The notes: generated by a model not told the origin, from the letters alone. DNA of 32,000 nucleotides from Candidatus Electronema halotolerans (GCA_942493095.1 OW818675.1:120001-152000), one strand, 5' to 3'. Shown: positions 16,107-24,615, counted from the first letter of the stretch. Numbers and translations: made by a program.

Positions 16107-17408
16107 ATGAATGTTATTCAGATAGAAAACCTCTGGAAGGAATATCGGCTTGGTGTTATAAGTCATGGCACCTTGAGTCGTGACTTGCAGTCTTGGTGGG
16201 CAAGGCTGCGGGGCAAAGAAGATCCGAACAGCAAGCTCCAGCCTATGCTGGCCGGGCAGGAAAAACAGATTGAAGGAGATCACTTCTGGGCTTTGCGGGA
16301 CATCAACTTGGAAGTGAAAGAGGGTGAGATGCTCGGCATCATCGGCAGGAATGGAGCAGGCAAGTCAACATTGCTGAAGCTGCTTTCCCGCATCACTGCG
16401 CCGACAAAAGGGCAGATCAAGGTCAAGGGCCGAATTGCCAGCTTGCTGGAAGTAGGCACAGGGTTTCATCCTGAGCTTACTGGCCGGGAAAATATTTTCA
16501 TGAATGGTGCCATTCTCGGCATGTCCAAAAAGGAGATCAAAAGCAAGCTGGATGAGATTGTCGATTTTTCTGGAATTGAGCAGTTCATTGACACTCCAGT
16601 CAAAAGGTATTCATCCGGCATGTATGTCAGGTTGGCCTTTGCTGTGGCTGCGCATCTTGAGCCGGAAATTCTTGTAATAGATGAAGTGCTGGCCGTTGGT
16701 GATGCGGATTTTCAAAAGAAGTGTATCGGGAAAATGGGAGAAGTCACCCAAGAAGGACGGACTGTGCTTTTTGTGAGTCATAGTATGTCAATGATCAGCA
16801 CGTTATGTGAAAAAGGCGTTCTATTGATCGATGGAAAAGTTGCCAAATATGGTCAAATATCGGATGTTGTCTTGGCTTATTATGAAAGTATTTCTGATAC
16901 GAAACGCACTTCAGTTCAAGCTGAATTTTTTAGTGATGGAAGCTGTCGTTTTGTGTCAGCTGCAATTGCCAGCAAAAATAAGATAGACACGAGAGAAGTC
17001 GATCTCGGCAGTGAAATCAAAATAATAATGATTTATGATCTGCTGAAGGAGACGGAAAACTTATATATTCCTAATTATCATATATTTACTGCTGAAGGTC
17101 AATATGTTTGCTGTGTAAATAGCCCCAGGGTGAAACCTATGAAATTAGGTCGTTATCGTGCGCAATGTGTCATTCCTCCTTTTCTTTTGAACGAGGGGGC
17201 ATATACAGTTGGAGTTGCTGTAACTTCTTTGGATTTATATTGCAGTGATTTAAGAGGGCAACAAACGGTTCACTTTTATGAAAAGGATATATTGTCGTTC
17301 AACGTGGTGGACAGTAAAATTCCAGATGACTGGAATTATGGCGTTATAATGACAGTGCCAGGTGTTGTCCGACCCCGGCTTTCTTGGACAATAGAAAAAA
17401 CAGCTTGA
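16107..17408 (+). CDS. wzt: Polysaccharide ABC transporter ATP-binding protein (Wzt-like) with a ~180-aa C-terminal extension, 433 aa
   Basis: Walker A is GRNGAGKST, the signature is YSSGM, and Walker B is ILVIDEVL. The NBD ends near aa ~250. The remainder (16857-17405) is an extra domain. Confidence 0.9.
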   Translation: MNVIQIENLWKEYRLGVISHGTLSRDLQSWWARLRGKEDPNSKLQPMLAGQEKQIEGDHFWALRDINLEVKEGEMLGIIGRNGAGKSTLLKLLSRITAPTKGQIKVKGRIASLLEVGTGFHPELTGRENIFMNGAILGMSKKEIKSKLDEIVDFSGIEQFIDTPVKRYSSGMYVRLAFAVAAHLEPEILVIDEVLAVGDADFQKKCIGKMGEVTQEGRTVLFVSHSMSMISTLCEKGVLLIDGKVAKYGQISDVVLAYYESISDTKRTSVQAEFFSDGSCRFVSAAIASKNKIDTREVDLGSEIKIIMIYDLLKETENLYIPNYHIFTAEGQYVCCVNSPRVKPMKLGRYRAQCVIPPFLLNEGAYTVGVAVTSLDLYCSDLRGQQTVHFYEKDILSFNVVDSKIPDDWNYGVIMTVPGVVRPRLSWTIEKTA

Positions 17409-17414
17409 AGAAAA

Positions 17415-18188
17415 ATGAAAGCTGTCATCTTGGCCGGAGGTCTTGGCACCCGCATTGCCGAAGAGACTCATCTGAAGCCCAAGCCGATGATTGAGATAGG
17501 TGGCAAGCCGATTCTTTGGCATATCATGAAAATTTATTCTTCCTACGGCATTAATGACTTTATTATCTGTCTCGGCTATAAAGGGTATATTGTTAAAGAG
17601 TACTTCGCCCACTATTTTCTGCACATGTCTGATGTCACCTTTGATCTGAAAAAAAACGAGATGCAGGTGCATCGGCAGCATGGGGAGCCGTGGCATGTGA
17701 CACTTGTCGATACCGGAGAGTTGACCATGACCGGAGGCAGGTTGAAGCGGATCAGACCGTATTTGATGACTGAAGAACCTTTCTGCTTTACTTACGGTGA
17801 TGGTCTCGCAAATGTCAACATCTCAGAATTGACAGCTTTTCATAAAAAGAAAAATACGCTTGCCACAATGACAGCCGTGCAACCGCCTGGACGTTTTGGC
17901 TCTCTTGACATGCAGCAGGACAAAGTTATCCGTTTTGAAGAAAAGCCGGATGGTGATGGCGTATGGATTAACGGCGGATATTTTGTCCTGTCTCCAAACG
18001 TGTTCGATTATATTGAGGGAGATCATATCTGCTGGGAAAAGGAACCACTGGAGCGGTTGGCAAGAGAAGGGCAGCTTTCCGCCTACAGACATCGGGGCTT
18101 CTGGCAGCCAATGGACACGCTGCGGGACAAGAATTTACTCGAAGAACTGTGGAATAGCTGCACTGCACCGTGGAAAACTTGGGAATGA
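17415..18188 (+). CDS. rfbF: Glucose-1-phosphate cytidylyltransferase, 257 aa
   Basis: [58 protein letters not shown].. is highly characteristic of RfbF/DdhA. Confidence 0.9.
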   Translation: MKAVILAGGLGTRIAEETHLKPKPMIEIGGKPILWHIMKIYSSYGINDFIICLGYKGYIVKEYFAHYFLHMSDVTFDLKKNEMQVHRQHGEPWHVTLVDTGELTMTGGRLKRIRPYLMTEEPFCFTYGDGLANVNISELTAFHKKKNTLATMTAVQPPGRFGSLDMQQDKVIRFEEKPDGDGVWINGGYFVLSPNVFDYIEGDHICWEKEPLERLAREGQLSAYRHRGFWQPMDTLRDKNLLEELWNSCTAPWKTWE

Positions 18189-19240
18189 CAGCTCGTCCTG
18201 ATGCTGACTTTTGGTCTGGCAAGAAAGTTCTGCTGACCGGTCATACCGGCTTTAAAGGCGCATGGTTGACACTTTGGCTCAAGCAGCTCGGAGCTGAAGT
18301 CACAGCTATCAGTCTGCCTCCTGCCGCTGCCCAGAATCTCTTTGAACTGGCTGATATTGCTTCGTTATGCGACAGTAATTTTTGTGATGTTCGCGATGCG
18401 GCGGCATTGGCTGCCTATGTCAGAAAGGCAGACCCTGATGTGGTTTTTCATTTAGCAGCCCAGCCATTGGTCCGAGTCAGTTACCGTGAACCGCTGGCAA
18501 CTTTTGCTGTCAATATCATGGGCACGGCTCATTTGCTGGATGCCCTGCGCAGCAGTTCAGCTCGTGTTGCGGTGATGGTCACCACGGACAAAGTTTATCG
18601 TAACAACGAATGGCTATGGCCATATCGAGAAGATGATGCTCTTGGCGGCCATGACCCCTACAGTGCCAGCAAAGCTGCGTCTGAGATGGTTATCGACAGC
18701 TATCGCCAAGCGTTTTTGGCCGAACAAGGTGTGGCTGTGGCCAGTGTCCGGGCTGGTAATGTGATCGGCGGCGGTGATTGGTCAGAAGATCGTCTGCTTC
18801 CGGATGCAGTGCGGGCTTGGCAGGCAGGCAATGTGCTGCATGTCCGCTGTCCAGATGCGGTGCGGCCTTGGCAGCATGTTCTTGAGCCGCTGGCAGGCTA
18901 CCTTGTTCTTGCGCAGCAACTCTGGACGAATTATAGTTTGTCCGGTGCTTGGAATTTCGGCCCGCCGCCCCATGAAGCAATTTCTGTACGTGAATTGATT
19001 GAATTAGCTCAAACGGCGTATGGCAGCGGCCAAGTGCGATGCAGAGATGCCAGCGAAGGTCGGCATGAGGCGGGACGGCTGGTTTTGGAAACCGCTAAAG
19101 TTCGGCAGCTGCTTAATTTTCATCCCCGATTTTCTTTGGCTGAGGCAGTGAGCCGGACAATAGCTTGGCACAAGGCTCAGCATGAGGGAACCGATGCCCG
19201 CAGTCTCTGCAACGAGGATATTGCTGTTTATACGGGATGA
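18185..19240 (+). CDS. rfbG: CDP-glucose 4,6-dehydratase
   Basis: [24 protein letters not shown].., the YSASKA catalytic motif, and the overall RfbG/DdhB pattern. I prefer ATG 18185 (ATGA overlap with the rfbF stop) to the track start at 18170. Confidence 0.88.
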   Translation: MTARPDADFWSGKKVLLTGHTGFKGAWLTLWLKQLGAEVTAISLPPAAAQNLFELADIASLCDSNFCDVRDAAALAAYVRKADPDVVFHLAAQPLVRVSYREPLATFAVNIMGTAHLLDALRSSSARVAVMVTTDKVYRNNEWLWPYREDDALGGHDPYSASKAASEMVIDSYRQAFLAEQGVAVASVRAGNVIGGGDWSEDRLLPDAVRAWQAGNVLHVRCPDAVRPWQHVLEPLAGYLVLAQQLWTNYSLSGAWNFGPPPHEAISVRELIELAQTAYGSGQVRCRDASEGRHEAGRLVLETAKVRQLLNFHPRFSLAEAVSRTIAWHKAQHEGTDARSLCNEDIAVYTG

Positions 19241-19937
19241 TGAGCGGAATTACCAGTAGCTTGAAAGCAGGGCAAAGCAGCTCTTCTCTTGCTTACCGTC
19301 CAGACATAGATGGACTGCGTGCTGTTGCCATATTGTCAGTTGTTATCAGTCATGCTTTTCCTGAAATATTGTGGCTCTCCGAGTTTTTCTGTGGTTGACA
19401 AAATCGGGTGGTGCCCCTGTTGAGTGTTGCTGTCTCGAAAATTATGTGATACCGATTGGTTAGCATTACCGAGACAACTACTCTGTAAAGTGAGTTGTGG
19501 ATTCAACTCGCAAGTGCAATTTTTTTTGGTTATCCAAAAAGCATAGGTTGGCTGGCACTTTGAATACTTCATGTAAATTTTCAATTATTTTCTCACCAGA
19601 TATGATCTTTAAGCCAAGAAGCTGTGTATCTTTTCAGAATTATTTTATGCAAGTCATGCGTGGTGGTTTTAAAAGACGTACAATTGATAACTGCGGGATA
19701 ACTATAACTGGATTTCAAGAAAGAAATAATGATTATGATGAAATTTTGCTTTCTATATTGTCTAATTTTTCAAATATAAAAATATTCTCTCCAAGGGAAT
19801 TATTTCGTCAAGGAGATATGTACAGTGCGTACAAAAATGGATATTTTTTATATTGGAACAGTGATCATCTAACTCGTGAAGGAGCAGATATGGTTATCGA
19901 CGCTTTTTTGCAAAGTTCTATTGGGAAAAAAATGTAA
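19237..19937 (+). pseudogene. Acyltransferase family 3 (OafA-like O-acetyltransferase) gene, internally deleted and replaced by IS remnants
   Basis: The N-terminal 45 codons (..[26 protein letters not shown]) match the start of AT3 acyltransferases, then break at ~19371 into an ISL3-type end (TGGCTCTCCGA..). The frame stops at 19398. A C-terminal SGNH-like tail (..LYWNSDHLTREGADMVIDAF..) resumes after the 98-bp IS30-like repeat and ends at 19937. Confidence 0.6.
19497..19594 (+). repeat. 98-bp IS30-family end-like repeat, copy A (inverted partner at 24487-24584)
   Basis: GTGGATTCAACTCGCAAGTGCAA.. resembles the terminal repeat of the IS30-family element at 30453. By manual alignment, 97/98 positions are identical to the reverse complement of 24487-24584. 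Confidence 0.85.
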
Positions 19938-19944
19938 GGTGACT

Positions 19945-20481
19945 ATGTTTTTTATTCAAGTGTCGTTACCTGATGTGTTTTTAATCAAAAATGAGCCTCA
20001 ATCAGATTCACGTGGTTCTTTTTCTCGGACATTTTGTGCTGAGGAATTTAAAAAAAATAGCCTCGAAACACATTTTGTTCAGGCTAATATCAGTAAAAAT
20101 ATTTACGCAGGAACAGTACGGGGCATGCACTTTCAACATGTCCCTCATGCTGAGGTGAAATTGGTGAGTTGCATTTCAGGTTCAATCTATGATGTTGTTG
20201 TTGATATTCGCAAACATTCAGCCACATATCTTAAATGGTTTGGCGCAGAGCTGTCAGCTAATAACGGTTTAATGATGTATGTGCCGCATGGTTTTGCGCA
20301 TGGCTATCAGGTATTAGAAGATGGTGCTGTGGTTCATTATTTGGTCAGCAACTTTTATACTCCAAACGCAGAAGAAGGACTTCGGTATAATGATCCAGTG
20401 ATTGGTATCCAATGGCCACTCCCTGCATCTCATGTTTCAGCTAAAGACTCAGATTGGCCTTTGATAATTAACAACTCATGA
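19945..20481 (+). CDS. RfbC-family sugar-nucleotide 3,5-epimerase (cupin), 178 aa
   Basis: The family patterns DSRGSFSRTF, RGMHFQ, KLVSCISGSIYDVVVDIR and YVPHGFAHGYQVL are present. I set the start at ATG 19945 (MFFIQVSLPDVFLI..) rather than the track start, which lies inside the pseudogene tail. Confidence 0.8.
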   Translation: MFFIQVSLPDVFLIKNEPQSDSRGSFSRTFCAEEFKKNSLETHFVQANISKNIYAGTVRGMHFQHVPHAEVKLVSCISGSIYDVVVDIRKHSATYLKWFGAELSANNGLMMYVPHGFAHGYQVLEDGAVVHYLVSNFYTPNAEEGLRYNDPVIGIQWPLPASHVSAKDSDWPLIINNS

Positions 20482-21296
20482 AAAGGATTGCCCTTACTGG
20501 TGCCAGTGGTTTTGTTGGCCGACAAATTTTCAACGCATTATATGAAAAAAAATATAAATTGTTGTTATTTAACCATCGATCAAATTTTTATAGTGAAAGT
20601 TTTGCTGACAAGGTTGAATATATTGCAACAAAAGATATTTTTTTGGAAAAAATTGAAAAACTGGCATCAGTCCTACAGGGTGTTGATACTCTGATTCATT
20701 CTGCTTGGCATGTTGAGCACAGCAACTACTTGCAATCAGAAAAAAATTTTGATTGTTTGACTGGCTCAGTTGCTTTAGCAAAAGCTTGTGTGCAAGCAGG
20801 AGTTCGTCGATTTGTCGGCATAGGCACCTGCTTTGAGTATGATTTAAGTTATGGCCGCTTGTCAGTGGAGACTCCTTTGAAGCCGACTACACCTTATGCC
20901 GCAGCTAAGGTATCGACATTTTTTGCTTTGACGCAATATTTTCTGTCTAAAGGAGTTGAATTTGTGTGGTGTCGCCTGTTTTATCTGTATGGCGAAGGTG
21001 AAGATGAACGAAGATTGGTACCGTACTTGCGAAAACAATTGGCTAATGGTAAAATAGCAGAACTGACAAGCGGAACTCAAGTACGTGATTTTTTGGATGT
21101 CCGGGAGGCAGGTCTATTAATTGCAGAAATTGCGCAAGGGCAACAACAGGGACCAATCAACGTATGTTCAGGCAAGCCTGTTACTGTCCGGCAATTGGCA
21201 GAGAAAATCGCTGATGAATATGGTCGGCGTGATTTGTTGCGTTTTGGTGTTCGTCATGATAATATAATCGATCCGCCGCTTGTTATTGGTATATGA
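20478..21296 (+). CDS. NAD(P)-dependent epimerase/reductase (extended SDR), 272 aa
   Basis: It has the Rossmann motif IALTGASGFVGRQI and the catalytic YAAAK. It is ATGA-coupled to the epimerase gene. Confidence 0.75.
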   Translation: MKRIALTGASGFVGRQIFNALYEKKYKLLLFNHRSNFYSESFADKVEYIATKDIFLEKIEKLASVLQGVDTLIHSAWHVEHSNYLQSEKNFDCLTGSVALAKACVQAGVRRFVGIGTCFEYDLSYGRLSVETPLKPTTPYAAAKVSTFFALTQYFLSKGVEFVWCRLFYLYGEGEDERRLVPYLRKQLANGKIAELTSGTQVRDFLDVREAGLLIAEIAQGQQQGPINVCSGKPVTVRQLAEKIADEYGRRDLLRFGVRHDNIIDPPLVIGI

Positions 21297-21330
21297 TTAC
21301 TATGAATATTCTTCATAAGAGATTTCAAAA

Positions 21331-22095
21331 ATGGATATGAAAGTTGGTGTTTCGTCTAAGCATGATCAGATGATCGTAGAGCAACTTGTTGCTTTAGCTG
21401 AAAAACGTCCATTTGATGAAATAATGCAGGCGTTTCCTGGTTATATAAGAAGGCAGATTGTAACACGTTTTCTTGCTTATTATGAATTATTCAGGCTTAT
21501 TAAAGATATTCCTGGATGGATTGTTGAATGTGGTATCTACAGAGGGTTTAGTTTTTTTGCATTAGGAAAATTTCTTGAAATTTTTTGTATGGGGGATAAA
21601 ACGAGGAAAATAGTAGGGTTTGACAATTTTGAAGGTTTCACACCGCTTCATAAGGAAGATGGATTTGAAGATGAAAAATGCACTCGGCATGAATATGGAA
21701 CAAACCCATCTAATTTTAAAGATGATTTCTTCAAACTTCTCAACTTGGCAAATACTGATTGCTTTGCCCCGTGGAGTGAACGAATGATTGTAGTTGATGG
21801 CGACGCAAGATTTTCTATTCCTATTTTTTGCAGAGAAAATCCTGGTTTGCGTCTTTCAATGCTTCATATTGATATTGATATTTATGAGCCAGTAAAAACA
21901 GCTTTGGAAAATCTATACCCACGATTAGTACCAGGAGGTATAGTTGTTCTTGATGAATTTGCTCATAAAGACTGGCCTGGTGAAAGTTCGGCGTTAGAGC
22001 ATTGCTTTAAAGAAAAAAAATGGCCTTTGCCAAAACTTAGAACATTCGGTTGGGTTGGAACACCAACTACTTATTTTGTTAAAGAGGAATGGTGA
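21331..22095 (+). CDS. TylF/MycF-family SAM-dependent O-methyltransferase, 254 aa
   Basis: IVECGIYRGFSFFAL, GFDNFEGF and LHIDIDIYEPVKTALENLYPRLVPGGIVVLDEF match the macrocin-O-methyltransferase family signature blocks. Confidence 0.7.
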   Translation: MDMKVGVSSKHDQMIVEQLVALAEKRPFDEIMQAFPGYIRRQIVTRFLAYYELFRLIKDIPGWIVECGIYRGFSFFALGKFLEIFCMGDKTRKIVGFDNFEGFTPLHKEDGFEDEKCTRHEYGTNPSNFKDDFFKLLNLANTDCFAPWSERMIVVDGDARFSIPIFCRENPGLRLSMLHIDIDIYEPVKTALENLYPRLVPGGIVVLDEFAHKDWPGESSALEHCFKEKKWPLPKLRTFGWVGTPTTYFVKEEW

Positions 22096-23276
22096 ATAGA
22101 AAGAAAATCAAAGTTCTTCACATAACAACACATCTTGGTGGTGGTTTGGGAACTGCTATCAGTTCCTATATTGCCAATTCAAGTCTATCGCATACTGTAC
22201 TCGAACTTGAAGAAACAATAAATCCATGTCTGCTTTCTCATAATTTTGATATCATAACAATGTCAAGAAGAGAGGAACTGTCACTATTGGCAAGGAATAG
22301 TGATATAATATTGCTGCATTACTATTGTCATCCATTAGCGGCGTGGGCTTTGTTTGAATTAAATACTCTTCTCGAAAGAAAAATAGTCATCTGGTGCCAT
22401 AATAATGGAATAGATTTTTTGAGGCCATTACCTGATGCTCTTTCTGGTATGTCAGACGCTGTTATCTTGTCTGGATGTCAAGATAACAGGTTTGATGACT
22501 GTGATATAATACGTCCAATACCTCAAGTGGAGGTATTGGAAAAAATAGCTGGAAAATTGCAAGGAAAAGACAATAACAAGTTGTTATTTAGATATATTGG
22601 TAGTCTTAGTTATGATAAAATTTATGAATATGCAGAGAATTGGTTTATTTATCTATCTGAAAAATGGAATTTTCAAATTGTGACATTTGACATAGAACAT
22701 GATTTTTTTAAGTTTGATTTATTATCAGGGAGTACGGAGAGGTCATTGTTGTACGATTGTTTTTTCTGCGCAATTTATCCGCTTAAATCGACACATTATG
22801 GTTGTGGTGAATTAGGATTGCAAGAACTGCTGATGTTGGGTTATCCTGTAATTCTCAGGAGAAATAAAATAGAAACAGAGATCGTTAATAATTTGGAAGG
22901 TGTTTACTTCGCTGATTCTTTTACAGAGTTCTGTTCTGTATGTTCAGAGGTGTCTGTAAATTGGGACAAGATACTTTTTGAGTGGAAAAATCGTTCAGAA
23001 AAAAATATACAAGTAATCAGATCGAGATGTCCTTATGATAAACTTGACAGATTGATTTATAATGTATATCATAAAGATACAAAAAAGGAGCATATTTGTA
23101 GCTTTAATTCCCGTGACCTAATCAAATTTTCTTATAATCAGACAAGTGAAGAAGGTCTGAAGAAAATTTTTTGTTTATGGGGAAAAAATAAGCAATGGAA
23201 TGTTTCCAAAAAAGGATCTCCTGCTCAGTTTCAAAAATATTTTCCAGAAATAAACGACTTTACCTTGTGTAAGTAA
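22089..23276 (+). CDS. Hypothetical protein, possibly a GT-B fold glycosyltransferase, 395 aa
   Basis: It starts KIKVLHITTHLGGGLGTA, and a late segment GCGELGLQELLMLGYPVIL resembles the GT1/GT4 E-x7-E region. Otherwise I cannot recognise it. Confidence 0.4.
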   Translation: MVNRKKIKVLHITTHLGGGLGTAISSYIANSSLSHTVLELEETINPCLLSHNFDIITMSRREELSLLARNSDIILLHYYCHPLAAWALFELNTLLERKIVIWCHNNGIDFLRPLPDALSGMSDAVILSGCQDNRFDDCDIIRPIPQVEVLEKIAGKLQGKDNNKLLFRYIGSLSYDKIYEYAENWFIYLSEKWNFQIVTFDIEHDFFKFDLLSGSTERSLLYDCFFCAIYPLKSTHYGCGELGLQELLMLGYPVILRRNKIETEIVNNLEGVYFADSFTEFCSVCSEVSVNWDKILFEWKNRSEKNIQVIRSRCPYDKLDRLIYNVYHKDTKKEHICSFNSRDLIKFSYNQTSEEGLKKIFCLWGKNKQWNVSKKGSPAQFQKYFPEINDFTLCK

Positions 23277-23322
23277 ATATGCCAGATCAAAGTTTCACAA
23301 TAAAATTCACAGATACTTAGTA

Positions 23323-24084
23323 TTGATGCTTGTTATTGATCTTACCTCAAGAAATGCTTTGGTTACTGGAGGAACTGGCGAAATAGGACGTGCGATCGTG
23401 CATGCACTTGCTTATGCGGGTGCTAATGTCGCTATACATTATAAAAGTAATATAAACCAAGCAGATAAACTGCTTTCAGACGTGCAAGCTGCTGGTGTTC
23501 GTGGAATGACTGTGCAAGCTGACGTGACTGAATGGAATTCTGTTGCCGCAATGCGTGATCAAGTAGTTGGGTATCTTGGAGCGATAGATATTATTGTTAC
23601 AAGTGCAGTAATTCAATATAAATGGAAAAGTGTATTTGAACAAAAAATTGAAGATTACGAAAGTCAATTCCGTTCAAACGTTCTTCATAATATTTTTATG
23701 GCAAAGGCTTTTATACCTTCAATGATGCATAGAAAATGGGGTCGATTGATAGGAATTAATACAGAATGTTCGATGTTAGCAATGCCAAGACAATCAGCTT
23801 ATGTGGCAGGGAAGCGAGGGATGGATGGTGTGCTGCGAGTATTAGCTCGTGAGGTTGGAGAGCATGGTGTAACTGTTAATCAGGTGGCTCCGGGATGGAT
23901 TGTCAGTGAGGACAGCTTGAATGCCGCATCATCTGAAAATTATATCAAAAAAGTTCCTCTTCAACGTCGAGGAACCAATAAAGAGGTTGCCGGAGTTGTA
24001 GCTTTTCTTGCATCAGAGATGGCAAGTTTTATCACAGGAGTGTATATTCCTGTATGTGGTGGAAGTGTTATGCCATCTATATAG
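23323..24084 (+). CDS. Short-chain dehydrogenase/reductase (FabG-like), 253 aa
   Basis: It has the cofactor motif VTGGTGEIGRAI and the catalytic S..YVAGK. The C-terminal ITGVYIPVCGG is typical of classical SDRs. Confidence 0.85.
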   Translation: MMLVIDLTSRNALVTGGTGEIGRAIVHALAYAGANVAIHYKSNINQADKLLSDVQAAGVRGMTVQADVTEWNSVAAMRDQVVGYLGAIDIIVTSAVIQYKWKSVFEQKIEDYESQFRSNVLHNIFMAKAFIPSMMHRKWGRLIGINTECSMLAMPRQSAYVAGKRGMDGVLRVLAREVGEHGVTVNQVAPGWIVSEDSLNAASSENYIKKVPLQRRGTNKEVAGVVAFLASEMASFITGVYIPVCGGSVMPSI

Positions 24085-24355
24085 CCTTCAGGGGTAACCG
24101 ATCACAGGGTCAACTATCTGAAATTATTGAATCGATTTTTTATTAAATTTGGTTTAGCATTAGCGTTGAAAAGATAAATAGTTGATATTATAAATTTTAA
24201 CAATTCAACATGCCGAGCTTCCCGGTTTAACAAAAAAGTCTCTTTTAAAAGAGAATAAACAACAAGTTACAGTGAATTTCATACCCCGTGATCGCTTACG
24301 ATCACAGGGTATCTCTGAAAAACACTGGCGCTTGGCATCGTAACCGGATAAATTG

Positions 24356-24397
24356 TGGCTCTCCGATAATTTCCGGGGTTGTAATTCCAGTGCTTTT
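24356..24397 (+). mobile_element. Solo ISL3-family terminal repeat (42 bp, identical to the end at 31457-31498)
   Basis: TGGCTCTCCGATAATTTCCGGGGTTGTAATTCCAGTGCTTTT matches at 42/42 positions by direct comparison. No transposase follows here. Confidence 0.8.
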
Positions 24398-24398
24398 G

Positions 24399-24584
24399 GT
24401 GAATTCAAGTTCCAAGTGCAACTTTTTTTGGTTGCAAGAAAAGGCAGTTACGGGAGTGTCACAACTTTGCTTTTGTCGCTAACTAAGAGAAAATAATTGA
24501 AAATTTACATGAAGTATTCAAAGTGCCAGCCAACCTATGCTTTTTGGATAACCAAAAAAAGTTGCACTTGCGAGTTGAATCCAC
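24399..24584. mobile_element. MITE-like element (186 bp) with IS30-family-type terminal inverted repeats
   Basis: The left end is GTGAATTCAAGTTCCAAGTGCAACTTTTTTTGGTT. The right end (reverse complement) is GTGGATTCAACTCGCAAGTGCAACTTTTTTTGGTT. Both resemble the IRL of the IS30-family element at 30453. It has no ORF of its own. Confidence 0.7.
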
Positions 24585-24615
24585 ACCGTAACCGCTATAA
24601 AAGGGAGATTGTTTC

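Noticed and set aside
18170-18184. Track start of rfbG at 18170 (MENLG..)
   Set aside because: It overlaps the rfbF 3' end by 19 nt. ATG 18185 forms the common ATGA stop-start overlap and gives an N-terminus aligned with the conserved [13 protein letters not shown] motif spacing.
19497-19599. N-terminal part of track ORF 19497-19937, and ORF 19336-19584 (-)
   Set aside because: These codons are the 98-bp IS30-like repeat itself, duplicated in inverse orientation at 24487-24584. Only the part after ~19600 looks like genuine (relic) coding sequence.
24239-24254. Palindrome TCTCTTTTAAAAGAGA as terminator of the SDR gene
   Set aside because: It has no loop and no downstream T-run on the plus strand. 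The T-run is on the minus strand, where there is no upstream gene. I mention it only as part of the junction finding.
24205-24482. Track ORFs 24205-24408 (-) and 24288-24482 (+)
   Set aside because: They span the junctions of the solo ISL3 end and the MITE. They are best explained as chance ORFs in AT-rich IS debris.
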